From NCBI GenBank assembly GCA_964593045.1, contig CAZQJQ010000004.1, positions 18,619 to 50,618 on the forward strand: a stretch of 32,000 nucleotides of DNA, read 5' to 3'. Positions 16,460 to 26,188 of the stretch are shown one piece after another. Source of the stretch: an uncultured Clostridiaceae bacterium (GTDB lineage Bacteria; Bacillota; Clostridia; TANB77; CAG-465). The notes under the pieces are model-generated. The model searched no databases. It was given only the letters and a program-made list of their open reading frames with translations, and was not told the DNA's origin. The translations under genes and the position numbers were made by a program. The stretch's first letter is position 1. The number at the start of each line of letters is the position of its first letter.

Positions 16460-18304
16460 TTAATTTTGTATTTGTTCACCATTTGTTGTTTCTATATTTT
16501 GTTCTTGATTAGTTGTAGTGTTATTTACAACTGGTTGTTGAGTTTGTTCTTGTTTTTTTGTGCCAACTTTAACGATTGCATTTTCAGGTTTATATACATC
16601 TTTAGATAATTTTGCACTAGACACCACATTACCATTTAAACTTTTTGTTATATATGCCTCTGATGCATATCCATTAACCCCTTGAGAAACAACTACTTGT
16701 TCTCCTTCATTCATTGTATTATCATATATGTATTGAGTTGAATATGGAATTGTATATAGATAATTACTTGTTAAACTTATATCATATTCCACATCTTCTT
16801 TTTTTCCGTATATACTTATATTTAAACTTCCGGCTGCACTATATGAAGTGACTATTTTAACAGGATATTTTCTTGTGTTTTTAAATCTAAGATCCAAAGT
16901 ACCTGTATATATTGTGGCATCGAGGCTTGGCTTTATATATCCAACTGGTAATCCATGAGCATGCCTTTCTACTATTTCCATATTAGCCATTAAAGCAACA
17001 TAATATAACGTAGAAGAAGTTTGACATATTCCTCCACCTATTTCATCAACTACTGTACCTGCTTTAAATGTAGCAGCTGGCAAATATCCTTTTTCTGTTG
17101 TAGTATCTCCAATTACTGTTTGATATGAGAAAGTTTCACCTGGTTCAATCACTACTCCATTTAAATATTTTAAAGCAATCTCTAAATTTTTAGAACGATT
17201 CGTATTAGATGATGGAAAATATGTTGTATATCCTGCTAATTTATCATTATATAACGTATAATTTATATCAGCTTCTTTTATTTTAGGCTCAGTTATATCT
17301 AAAGGGAATTCAAAGGATTCAGATTCTTTTTTAGTTTGTAATTCTTCATTTAGTTTATCTACATCAAAATCAATGCCTACCACTTCTCTTACAAAAGTAA
17401 CTGGGTCCGTCGATTTATCTATATATGCATCTTTTGCTTCCTTGTATATTTCATCATGAATTTTTTCTGCATCTAAAGCGATTGGTTTTTTTGATATAAC
17501 TTCTATATCATATACAGTATGTTTATTTTCTGACATTTTATCTAATATACTTTTTTTGGCTTTATCATAATCTATTGTATTTCCGCTTTTTCCCATTTTT
17601 ATATTAAGTACATTTTTAGTATAGTCAACTGTATATAAATCATCTTCATATCTGTTTTCTAAGCTTAAGTCTATATTTTTAAGCACGTTATCTAGTTTTG
17701 TATCATCATATTTATATAATTTTGTTACATCATATCTACCTATTATCAATGCTTTTAATATATTATAATTATTAATAAAAATATTGGAATCCCTGCCAAA
17801 AAGCATTGCATTATTTACTGTTTTTTCAACATCTAACTCATATTCTATTTCATCTGGTTCAACCTCATATATCGCTTTACCTTCTTGCTTTATCTCAACT
17901 TTAGAATCAGATACAGCATTAGTTACATTTTTTTGAATTTGTTGAATAGCTTCACTTTTAGTCATTCCAGACAAATCAATATCTCCAACATATGCATTTG
18001 TATATATTGTATCATTTAATTTATTTAAACATGCAAATACAAGAATAGGTAAAATTACAATAAGAAAAATAACTAAGAATATAACAAGGATCTTCTTTTT
18101 TGATTTTTTTTTATAAATTACTGATATATTGTTTTTCTCTTCTGATTTTTCATCCTTTTTTCTTTCATTTGTGTTACTACCATTAATTAAAATTACATCT
18201 TCTTGTGCAGGTTCATCTGTGTTTCTAGTAGCATTATGTATTTTTTCTATATTATCTATATCTTCTTCTTTTTGATTATCATTTAAATTATTATCTTGAT
18301 CCAC
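16460..18304 (-). CDS. VanW-family protein with C-terminal G5-like domain
   Basis: Charged N-terminus, a single TM (ILVIFLVIFLIVILPILVFACL), and the VanW core (GGGICQTSSTLYYVALMANMEIVERHAHGLPVGYIKPSLDATI). The C-terminal G5-like segment is (GEQVVVSQGVNGYASEAYITKSLNG). GTG start preceded by AGGGGGGA. Confidence 0.88.
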   Translation of the reverse strand: MDQDNNLNDNQKEEDIDNIEKIHNATRNTDEPAQEDVILINGSNTNERKKDEKSEEKNNISVIYKKKSKKKILVIFLVIFLIVILPILVFACLNKLNDTIYTNAYVGDIDLSGMTKSEAIQQIQKNVTNAVSDSKVEIKQEGKAIYEVEPDEIEYELDVEKTVNNAMLFGRDSNIFINNYNILKALIIGRYDVTKLYKYDDTKLDNVLKNIDLSLENRYEDDLYTVDYTKNVLNIKMGKSGNTIDYDKAKKSILDKMSENKHTVYDIEVISKKPIALDAEKIHDEIYKEAKDAYIDKSTDPVTFVREVVGIDFDVDKLNEELQTKKESESFEFPLDITEPKIKEADINYTLYNDKLAGYTTYFPSSNTNRSKNLEIALKYLNGVVIEPGETFSYQTVIGDTTTEKGYLPAATFKAGTVVDEIGGGICQTSSTLYYVALMANMEIVERHAHGLPVGYIKPSLDATIYTGTLDLRFKNTRKYPVKIVTSYSAAGSLNISIYGKKEDVEYDISLTSNYLYTIPYSTQYIYDNTMNEGEQVVVSQGVNGYASEAYITKSLNGNVVSSAKLSKDVYKPENAIVKVGTKKQEQTQQPVVNNTTTNQEQNIETTNGEQIQN

Positions 18305-18361
18305 AAAATCCCCCCTATCATCATCTCTAAATTATAACATTAACATATTTATGTACTTATT

Positions 18362-19111
18362 TTATTTCACTTCTTCCACAGTTTGTATTTCTTCAGCATT
18401 TATAGCTTCTGTAGCTTTATCTTCACGTATTAATATTAGTGGAGTAAGCTGTTTGCTTTGTCCTGCCGGATTATCTTTAATCATTGCTTTTAATATATCA
18501 TCATTAAATTCTATGGAACTGGCTTTTCCTAAAATTTCAACATTTAAATCATTTGCATCAACTATCATTGCTTTTATACCTAATTTTTCATATATTTCAT
18601 CACATACTCCATTTGGATTTTCAGGTATTCTTATTCCAAATTCTGCATAATCTTCAAAAACTTTACCATAAAATCCATCAAGTCCACTTACTTCTTGTCC
18701 CACTATTTTATAGAAAACACCTCTTTTACCAAATAACTTTCCAAGGCCTCCCATAATAGCGGCATAAAGCACTTTCAGTCTTCCATTTATCATTATTGCA
18801 AATTGCATTTTATATGGACTGTCAACTCCAACTCCCGCATCAGTTTTCATAGCAAATTTTGATAAGAATTTTGCTAAAAATGATACCTTTACATCTTTTT
18901 TATACACAACTCTTTTTTGACATAGTGCAATTATCTTTTCGCTAATAGATAAAATGTCTCCTTCTTCATATATTGGTTTAACATACTTTTCAATTATATC
19001 TATATAATTTTCTCCTATTTGAACATAATGAGTTTGAATTGCATTTCTTAAATATTTTTTTGAATCAACTTCTATATTAACTGATTTGTTTTCATTTGCT
19101 TTAAATTCCAT
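18362..19111 (-). CDS. CofE-like (F420-0:gamma-glutamyl ligase fold family) protein; function uncertain
   Basis: The segments EGDILSISEKIIALCQKRVV and IRIPENPNGVCDEIYEKLGIKAMIVDAND resemble the conserved blocks of COG1478 proteins. This is motif-level similarity only. Confidence 0.45.
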   Translation of the reverse strand: MEFKANENKSVNIEVDSKKYLRNAIQTHYVQIGENYIDIIEKYVKPIYEEGDILSISEKIIALCQKRVVYKKDVKVSFLAKFLSKFAMKTDAGVGVDSPYKMQFAIMINGRLKVLYAAIMGGLGKLFGKRGVFYKIVGQEVSGLDGFYGKVFEDYAEFGIRIPENPNGVCDEIYEKLGIKAMIVDANDLNVEILGKASSIEFNDDILKAMIKDNPAGQSKQLTPLILIREDKATEAINAEEIQTVEEVK

Positions 19112-19330
19112 ACTACCACTTCTTTCTTTTTTATATGATAAGTATAATACAAAAGGGGTTTGTTGTCAACATTTTTGTGTCTTTGGAAAAAATTATATAA
19201 AATTTGGTAAAATAATTGTCTACTTTTTAACAATTTTGTCATTTTTGTAGAATATGGTTGAATTTTATTTGTTTTTAAGATAAACTATTGTCATAAATTA
19301 TATAACTTTATCCAAAAAGAGGTGATATTT

Positions 19331-19873
19331 GTGCAAAATGATGAAATTAATAAATGTGAATGTATAAATTTAATGAAAGAAGAAGGAAAATATTTGTTAA
19401 GTTATGAAAATGAATTTTTCAAAATCTATGGCAAACTTTGCAAAGATAATAACATTATAATAAAATACTATGGCAAACTTAAAGATAATATTAATGCAGA
19501 TATAAAATTATTTATACATTATGGATTTGGAAATCTTTGGACCAACAAAGGAAACAAAGAAATGACATTATGCAATCACAGTAAAGAAAAATGTTTTTGT
19601 ACAACTATAGATATATCATCAAAAGAAAATTTAATGTTTTGTTTTATGGACAGCAATAACAATTGGGATTTAAACGATAATTCAAGTTATGAAGTAGCTG
19701 TTTTAGAAGAACCTTGTATAATGTCTAAAAAAGATGATGAATTTATAACAACAGAAGAAGAATTAATGTCTGGTTTTGAAAAGTTTATAAAAAAAATAAC
19801 AGGGAAACTATATAATTTAATATTAAAAATAGGTAGAAAAATTGAAAAACAAACAAGTAAAGAAGAGGTATGA
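19331..19873 (+). CDS. hypothetical cytoplasmic protein with a CBM25/CBM53-like (starch-binding-type) segment
   Basis: GAGGTGA SD with GTG at 19331; the ORF track starts at 19322. The pattern IKLFIHYGFGNLW...M...FCFMDSNNNWDLNDNSSYEV resembles the HYG..W / F.d..nnWDnN..nY signature of these modules. Confidence 0.5.
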   Translation: MQNDEINKCECINLMKEEGKYLLSYENEFFKIYGKLCKDNNIIIKYYGKLKDNINADIKLFIHYGFGNLWTNKGNKEMTLCNHSKEKCFCTTIDISSKENLMFCFMDSNNNWDLNDNSSYEVAVLEEPCIMSKKDDEFITTEEELMSGFEKFIKKITGKLYNLILKIGRKIEKQTSKEEV

Positions 19874-19929
19874 AGAAAATAAACTAGTTAACATTAATTG
19901 ATTAGCATCCTTCTACTATAAATATATTT

Positions 19930-19966
19930 AAAGCAGAGTCAAATACTGATTCTGCTTTAAGTTTTT
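19930..19966 (+). terminator. intrinsic terminator
   Basis: AAAGCAGAGTC-aaatact-GATTCTGCTTT followed by AAGTTTTT. Confidence 0.7.
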
Positions 19967-20083
19967 GGCTGTATAATAAATATAATTTTAAATGTAATAC
20001 TGGCAATAAAAAATACTTCCAGTCTTACTAACTCTAATCATTTTTTGAAATTTACACCCCAACTATTGACTAAGAGCCTTTTT

Positions 20084-22528
20084 CTATATTTCTTCATCTT
20101 CTTTTGGAATTTTTGCTATACTAATTACTTTTCCTCCGTCGGATGTTCTCATAAGTGTTACTCCTTGAGTATTTCTTCCAAGTACACTTATGTCTTTTAC
20201 ATTTATTCTTATTACAACTCCTGTATCTGTTATAAGCATAATATCATCTGTATCATTTACAATTTCTACACCTACAATATTTCCTGTTTTTTCTGTTGTT
20301 TTATATGTTAAAATACCTTTTCCGCTTCTTCCTTGTTGTCTGTATTCTTCTACTTCTGTTCTTTTTCCAAAACCATTTTCTGTTATTGCAAGTATATAAT
20401 CTTTATCTGATACTACAGGTTCCATACCTATAACATAATCTTCTTCGCCTAAGTTTATTCCTTTTACACCTATAGAAGTTCTTCCAACAGATCTTACATC
20501 AGCTTCATCAAATCTAATTGATTGTCCCTGTGCTGTTACCATTACTATATCACTATTTCCATCTGTTAATCTTACATCTATTAACTCATCATCTTCTCTT
20601 AATGTTATTCCTTGTATACCTGTTTTTCTTATATTGCTATATTCTTCTAACTTTGTTTTCTTTATAATTCCTTTTTTTGTTGCCATAAGTACATATGCAT
20701 CTGCAGAATAATCTTTTATAGGAATTACAGCAGCTATTTTTTCATCTTGTGCTAATTGAAGTAAGTTTACTATTGCGGTACCTTTAGCTATTCTACTAGC
20801 CTCTGGAAGTTCATATGCTTTTAATCTAAATGCTCTCCCTTTTGTTGTAAAGAACATTATATAGTCATGAGTTGAAGTTATAAATATTCTTTCAACAAAA
20901 TCCTCATCTCTAGTATTCATGGCAGTTAAACCTTTGCCACCTCTTTTTTGACTCCTATATACATCTGCTGCTATTCTTTTTATATACCCACAATGTGTTA
21001 TTGTAACAACATTAGTCTCCTCTTTTATTAGGCTCTCAATGTCTATTTCACCTTCACCATGAGTAATTAATGTTTTTCTTTCATCTCCATATGTGTTTTT
21101 GATGTCTGTAAGTTCATCTTTTATAATTTGCATAACTATACTCTCATTTTCAAGTATTTCTTTAAATCTAGCTATTTGAGCAAGTAGGTTATTATATTCT
21201 TCTTCTATCTTTTCTCTTTGTAATCCTGATAATGTTTTTAATTTCATTTCAAGAATTGCATTTGCTTGAATTTCAGAAAGCCCAAACTTTTGCATAAGTC
21301 TTTGTGCTGCATCATCATATGATGCTTTTATAATTGCAATTATCTCATCTATATTATCTAGTGCTATTTTTAATCCTTCTAATATGTGTAGTCTTGCTTC
21401 TGCTTTTGCTAAATCAAATTTTGTTCTTCTTACTACTATTTCTTTTCTGTGATTTATATAATGATATAATATTTCTTTTAATGTTAATACTTTGGGTTGA
21501 TTGTTTACTAAAGCTAACATTAACATACTAACTGTTGTTTGTAGTTGTGTATGTTTATATAACAAGTTAAGAACAACATTTGGATTTGCATCTTTTTTAA
21601 GCTCTATTACCACTCTAAGTCCTGTTCTATCAGATTCATCTCTTAAATCTGAAATTCCTTCTATAACTTTATCACGAACAAGTTTTGCTATATATTCTAT
21701 TAGAGCAGCTTTATTTACTTGATATGGTATTTCATTTACAATTATTTTATATCTTCCCCTATTATCCTCTTCTATTTCAGCTTTTGCTCTTAAACAAGCT
21801 TTACCTCTACCTGTTTTATATGCATCTCTAATTCCATTAGTTCCTACTATAATTCCACCAGTTGGAAAATCTGGTCCTTTTACAATAGCAATAAGTTCGT
21901 CATCTGATATATCAGGATTATCAATTTGTGCACATATTCCATTTACCACTTCTGTTAAATTATGTGGTGGTATATTACAAGCCATTCCAACAGCTATACC
22001 GTATGCACCATTTATTAACAAATTAGGTAGTCTTGCTGGTAAAACAGATGGTTCTTTTAGCCTATCATCATAGTTTGGAACATAATCTACTGTATCCTTA
22101 TCTATATCAGTTAACATCTCAAGAGATATTTTTTGCAATTTTGCCTCTGTATACCTCATAGCAGCTGGCGGATCATTATCTACTGAGCCAAAGTTACCAT
22201 GACCATTTACTAGTGGATATCTCATTGAAAAATCCTGTGCAAGTCTTACCAAAGCATCATATATTGCAGCATCACCATGTGGATGATAGTTACCCATAAC
22301 ATCACCTACAATACCTGCAGATTTTCTATATGGTTTTTCCGGCCATAGTGATAGTTCACTCATTACATATAATATTCTTCTGTGTACAGGCTTTAATCCA
22401 TCCCTTACATCTGGAAGTGCACGTGCAACTATAACACTCATAGCATAATCAATATATGACTTTCTCATTTCCTTATCTATATCTACTGGTATTATCTTTT
22501 GTGCATTTACTTCATTATCTTGTTCCAT
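20084..22528 (-). CDS. gyrA: DNA gyrase subunit A
   Basis: The catalytic Tyr context [10 protein letters not shown], the [21 protein letters not shown], and the GyrA-box QKRGGKG in the C-terminal beta-pinwheel distinguish it from ParC. GGAGG precedes the ATG at 22528. Confidence 0.97.
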   Translation of the reverse strand: MEQDNEVNAQKIIPVDIDKEMRKSYIDYAMSVIVARALPDVRDGLKPVHRRILYVMSELSLWPEKPYRKSAGIVGDVMGNYHPHGDAAIYDALVRLAQDFSMRYPLVNGHGNFGSVDNDPPAAMRYTEAKLQKISLEMLTDIDKDTVDYVPNYDDRLKEPSVLPARLPNLLINGAYGIAVGMACNIPPHNLTEVVNGICAQIDNPDISDDELIAIVKGPDFPTGGIIVGTNGIRDAYKTGRGKACLRAKAEIEEDNRGRYKIIVNEIPYQVNKAALIEYIAKLVRDKVIEGISDLRDESDRTGLRVVIELKKDANPNVVLNLLYKHTQLQTTVSMLMLALVNNQPKVLTLKEILYHYINHRKEIVVRRTKFDLAKAEARLHILEGLKIALDNIDEIIAIIKASYDDAAQRLMQKFGLSEIQANAILEMKLKTLSGLQREKIEEEYNNLLAQIARFKEILENESIVMQIIKDELTDIKNTYGDERKTLITHGEGEIDIESLIKEETNVVTITHCGYIKRIAADVYRSQKRGGKGLTAMNTRDEDFVERIFITSTHDYIMFFTTKGRAFRLKAYELPEASRIAKGTAIVNLLQLAQDEKIAAVIPIKDYSADAYVLMATKKGIIKKTKLEEYSNIRKTGIQGITLREDDELIDVRLTDGNSDIVMVTAQGQSIRFDEADVRSVGRTSIGVKGINLGEEDYVIGMEPVVSDKDYILAITENGFGKRTEVEEYRQQGRSGKGILTYKTTEKTGNIVGVEIVNDTDDIMLITDTGVVIRINVKDISVLGRNTQGVTLMRTSDGGKVISIAKIPKEDEEI

Positions 22529-22558
22529 TAACATTACCTCCAATTGTCGTATAAGGTA

Positions 22559-22587
22559 ATTATACTTTAAAAAAAAGAAAAAAGCAA
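22559..22587 (-). promoter_or_regulatory. sigma-A-type promoter of gyrA
   Basis: Minus strand: TTGCTT (22582-22587), 17 nt, TATAAT (22559-22564), about 30 nt upstream of the start codon. Confidence 0.55.
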
Positions 22588-22657
22588 GTAAAAATCATTG
22601 AATTTTAAGTAATTTGTGATATAATATCAAATATAGTCGTGGAGGGAAAGTATTCAT

Positions 22658-23593
22658 ATGAAGCAAAAAAACTATTATGAAATTTTAGGCGTAACAAGAC
22701 GTAGCACAAAAGAAGAAATCAAACTTGCATATAGAAAATTAGCAAAAAAATATCATCCAGACACAAATAAAAATAATGAAGAAGCTGAGGCTAAATTTAA
22801 AGATATAAACGAGGCATATGATACTCTTACTAACGAAGATAAAAGAAGAAGATATGATCGATATGCTATTAAGTATAAATATGGTGTAGATGAAAGTGAA
22901 GGAAGTTTACCAAACATAAAATATGAAATAAAATCTGGAGTAAATGTTTTAAACGATATTTTATCTACAATTCTTGGTTTTAAAAAAGATGATGAGGCTC
23001 AAAATTTTGGAGATATAAACAACGCTCCAAAAGAAGAAACCATAAAACAAAAACCAATTAAAGGAAAAGATATTGAAACAAACTTAGAAATTACTTTAGA
23101 GGAAGGATTCTTTGGAACCGAGAAGAAAATATCTATAAAAAACCATAAGACATCTTCTAAAACAATTAGTGTAAACGTACCTGTTGGAATTAAAGATGGT
23201 GATAAAATACGTTTAGCTGCTCTTGGTATACCTGGTAAAAATGGTGGTAAAAACGGTGATTTAATTATACATGTAAAAATAAAAGAAAACGAAAACTTTA
23301 AATTAAAAGGCCTTGACCTTATAAAAGAAATAAATATATCACCTGCACTTGCAGTTGTTGGTGGAAAATATAGACTTGAATATATAGATGAAAAAATAAC
23401 TATAGATTTACCAAAGCACATGCAAAACGGTCAAGTTATAACTTATGAAAAAATGGGATACATTTCAGAAAATAAAACTAGAGGAAATCTAAAATTAGTT
23501 ATACATATATCAATGCCAGATAGCATAACAGAAAGAGAAGAAAGTTTATATTCTCAATTATTAAAGTTAGAGAACAAGAAAAACGGTAAATAG
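22658..23593 (+). CDS. J-domain co-chaperone, CbpA-like (DnaJ class II, no zinc-finger domain)
   Basis: J-domain YYEILGV...YRKLAKKYHPD. No CxxCxGxG repeats. DnaJ C-terminal beta domains are present (GKDIETNLEITLEE, GDLIIHVKI). GGAGGG SD. Confidence 0.88.
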   Translation: MKQKNYYEILGVTRRSTKEEIKLAYRKLAKKYHPDTNKNNEEAEAKFKDINEAYDTLTNEDKRRRYDRYAIKYKYGVDESEGSLPNIKYEIKSGVNVLNDILSTILGFKKDDEAQNFGDINNAPKEETIKQKPIKGKDIETNLEITLEEGFFGTEKKISIKNHKTSSKTISVNVPVGIKDGDKIRLAALGIPGKNGGKNGDLIIHVKIKENENFKLKGLDLIKEINISPALAVVGGKYRLEYIDEKITIDLPKHMQNGQVITYEKMGYISENKTRGNLKLVIHISMPDSITEREESLYSQLLKLENKKNGK

Positions 23594-23616
23594 GAAGATA
23601 CTTAATTGTATCTTCC
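23593..23616. terminator. hairpin terminator between convergent genes
   Basis: GGAAGATAC-ttaatt-GTATCTTCC followed by TCATTTT. Confidence 0.6.
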
Positions 23617-23621
23617 TCATT

Positions 23622-24653
23622 TTATTTAGTTATCTTCTTTTTCTTAAGTCTTATATCTTCTCCAATAAATTTACATATTACAAAATTACCTATTATTCTA
23701 GACATAACCCTTTCATCATATTCTTTATATAATTCATTTAAAGTTAGATTCGTAGATATAAGTATTTTTTTGTTATTAAGAAGTCTTGTATTTATAACAT
23801 TAAATAATTCAGTAAATTTATTGTTTGTCATTGTTTCTGTCCCCAAATCATCTATTATGAGTAAATCTACCTGAAATATCTTATTATATTGGCTCTTTGA
23901 AATTTCATCTTTGTTATATGAAAATTTATATTCCATTATCATATCCATAAGATTTGGTGCTGTTTGGTAAACAACAGTCTGCCCAGAATTTATAACTTCA
24001 TTTGCTATTGAATTTGCAAGAAATGTTTTTCCGAGTCCTGTATTTCCCACAAAAAGCAAATTTTTTTGTTCTTTGTTTGCTATATTTTTACAAAACTTTT
24101 CAGCTATTCTCTTTATACATTCTATATTTTCTAAAGGAGATTTATCAGAACCATATTTTTCTTTATCCGCCTTTGAGGAATAATACCCTATATCAAATGT
24201 ACTAAAGTTTTCTTCCTCCAATTTATTTATATTAGATTGTCTATATGCTTGATTAATCATGCTTTGTGTAAAACACTTACAGTTTTTCAACACACCATTT
24301 TCACTTATTACACCTGTATCGTTACATATTTTACAATCAAAATTAGGTTCTAAATCTTTTTTATTATATCCTTCTTTTTCAAGTAATTTTTCATATTTTA
24401 AGTCAATTTCTTTCATTTTAAACTCTAATTTTTCTATCTCTACCTGTTTTGTAAGATCATCTGCATTTAACATAAGTTTAGTTGTAGCTATTGCAATGTT
24501 TTCTTTTTCATCTTCAAGTTCTCTTAGTTTAGGAATTTTTGAATATATTTCTTCTGTTTTTTTATTAGCATCATCTATTTTCCTTTGCCTTTTTAAATCA
24601 TATTCTCTTACTAATTTTCTATACATATCTATATTCAAATTTCTCACCGCCAC
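23622..24653 (-). CDS. DnaI/DnaC-type helicase loader ATPase with N-terminal Cys cluster
   Basis: Walker A LLFVGNTGLGKTFLANSIA and Walker B DLLIIDDLGTE. The upstream CKICNDTGV...CKC resembles the zinc-binding N-domain of DnaI. The annotated GTG start has no convincing SD, so the start is uncertain. Confidence 0.85.
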   Translation of the reverse strand: MAVRNLNIDMYRKLVREYDLKRQRKIDDANKKTEEIYSKIPKLRELEDEKENIAIATTKLMLNADDLTKQVEIEKLEFKMKEIDLKYEKLLEKEGYNKKDLEPNFDCKICNDTGVISENGVLKNCKCFTQSMINQAYRQSNINKLEEENFSTFDIGYYSSKADKEKYGSDKSPLENIECIKRIAEKFCKNIANKEQKNLLFVGNTGLGKTFLANSIANEVINSGQTVVYQTAPNLMDMIMEYKFSYNKDEISKSQYNKIFQVDLLIIDDLGTETMTNNKFTELFNVINTRLLNNKKILISTNLTLNELYKEYDERVMSRIIGNFVICKFIGEDIRLKKKKITK

Positions 24654-24671
24654 ATCTTAATATTTTGACAA

Positions 24672-25637
24672 TTACACATTATCATAATATGATTCTAAAT
24701 CATCATAATTTCTTTGTTCATAATTTTGATACTTAGTAACAATTTTATCTACACCATTTGACTTTGACTTAGATGTCCTATTTGTAGTTACTTTACTTTC
24801 TTTTTGTATATCTTCTACGGTCTTTATATTTTTTGTATACCAGTTATTTAAAATACCATTTATATAATTAATACTTGGATTTGTTTTTGATACAGTTCTT
24901 TTTAATGCTTCTTCAATTATATCAAAATCATATTTATATTCGTTAACCCATTTATCTATATATTGTTCCTCATACTTTGTAAAGTTTCTATTGAGTCTTA
25001 ATGCTTTTAATATTTTTTGTTTAATTTTTTGCGTTTTTTCTGCTTTTTCTAAATACTCTTCTAATTGTTCGAATGTTTTTACTCCACCATTATACCATGA
25101 CTCTGCCACTACATATACATACTTTCTAGAAAGAGATTTTTTTTCTTTACAATAATGAAATAACGCTATCATTACTTCTTCAGAAAATTTATATTTTTCA
25201 AACATATCTCCAATATCTGTATACCAGCCAAGAGACATAAGTCCTTGGAAAAAACTTTCGTTTATAGCAGTAGCAGCAGCAATTCTTTTTTGTTCAGTTT
25301 CTGTTTGTTGCTTTGTCTTTTTAGTTTCTATTTTAGGTGTATATGATTTACATATCTCTTCACTCTTCATATTTTTTATATAATAACCTTCTGTATTTTT
25401 TTCAATTAGGCCTTCTATTTGCATTCTATCTAGGCTAAAAGAAATATCTTGCTCTGTAACAGAAAATTTTTTAGCAATCTCTTTTACATCAAAATTCATT
25501 CCTTTTTTTGATACAAGCAACATGTATATATATAACTTAACATCTATACCCTCTAAAACAGGTAAAAGATTAAGTATAAACAAATCGGGAACTAAAGTGT
25601 CACTAAGTTCTATATCCTCTTTTTGTACTATTTTCAT
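24672..25637 (-). CDS. DnaD/DnaB(Bsu)-type replication initiation protein (two DnaD-like domains)
   Basis: N-terminal winged-helix-like region and two DnaD-like C-terminal blocks (YVYVVAESWYNGGVKT and YINGILNNWYTKNIKT). AGGAGAG precedes the ATG at 25637. Confidence 0.82.
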   Translation of the reverse strand: MKIVQKEDIELSDTLVPDLFILNLLPVLEGIDVKLYIYMLLVSKKGMNFDVKEIAKKFSVTEQDISFSLDRMQIEGLIEKNTEGYYIKNMKSEEICKSYTPKIETKKTKQQTETEQKRIAAATAINESFFQGLMSLGWYTDIGDMFEKYKFSEEVMIALFHYCKEKKSLSRKYVYVVAESWYNGGVKTFEQLEEYLEKAEKTQKIKQKILKALRLNRNFTKYEEQYIDKWVNEYKYDFDIIEEALKRTVSKTNPSINYINGILNNWYTKNIKTVEDIQKESKVTTNRTSKSKSNGVDKIVTKYQNYEQRNYDDLESYYDNV

Positions 25638-25801
25638 AAACATACTCTCCTAAAACAAATTTAACTTGTTTTAGTAAATTATATCATTTGTTTTTAGTTT
25701 TTACAATACTTACTGAGTTAAAAACTTATACATTAGCAAAATATATAAACAAGTATAACATATATTATTTAAAAAGTTCTGACTAAATTTACTTTAATGT
25801 T

Positions 25802-26173
25802 TTACTGCACTATATTATTATATTTTATTAATTTGCTTTTTTCATATTCATCCATACAATTTTTAAAATTTGCATCTGTATAGTACACATGTTTCTTTTT
25901 AGAAAAAATATACTTTAGTATTATAGCAACAGACTCTATAGCATTCTCATTATTTAAATTAATTAGTATTATTCCAGATATAGGGATAATAACAAAAAGG
26001 AAACAATATATTTTATATATCATATCAATCTGTATCTTACTAAGAATAGTTACAATAGTTGCTGCGATACCTAGTATTATACTTAATGTTTTATAATCAA
26101 TTATTCCAAGCCATTTGTTATTCCTTTTATAGTTTAAATATATTGGTTGTAGGTTATATCTATTCTTATTCAT
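25802..26173 (-). CDS. two-TM conjugation-type membrane protein, PrgI/TcpE (VirB3-like) layout
   Basis: 123 aa. The basic N-terminus is followed by two hydrophobic helices (LSIILGIAATIVTIL and IYCFLFVIIPISGIILI). It occupies the position after a VirB6-like gene, as in Firmicute T4SS loci. The call rests on layout and position only. Confidence 0.5.
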   Translation of the reverse strand: MNKNRYNLQPIYLNYKRNNKWLGIIDYKTLSIILGIAATIVTILSKIQIDMIYKIYCFLFVIIPISGIILINLNNENAIESVAIILKYIFSKKKHVYYTDANFKNCMDEYEKSKLIKYNNIVQ

Positions 26174-26188
26174 AAAATCTCTCCACTT

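Noticed and set aside
22999-24660. Antisense ORFs 22999..23421, 24002..24205 and 24259..24660
   Set aside because: They overlap the J-protein and DnaI-like genes on the opposite strand. The products are low-complexity and lack translation signals.
25660-25684. CTAAAACAA-atttaac-TTGTTTTAG hairpin just upstream of the DnaD-like start, considered as the terminator of the T4SS-like operon
   Set aside because: The 9-bp stem contains only one G-C pair and has no following U-tract on the transcribed strand. It abuts the SD of the next gene. It is too weak to call a terminator, so read-through into the dnaD-like gene remains possible.
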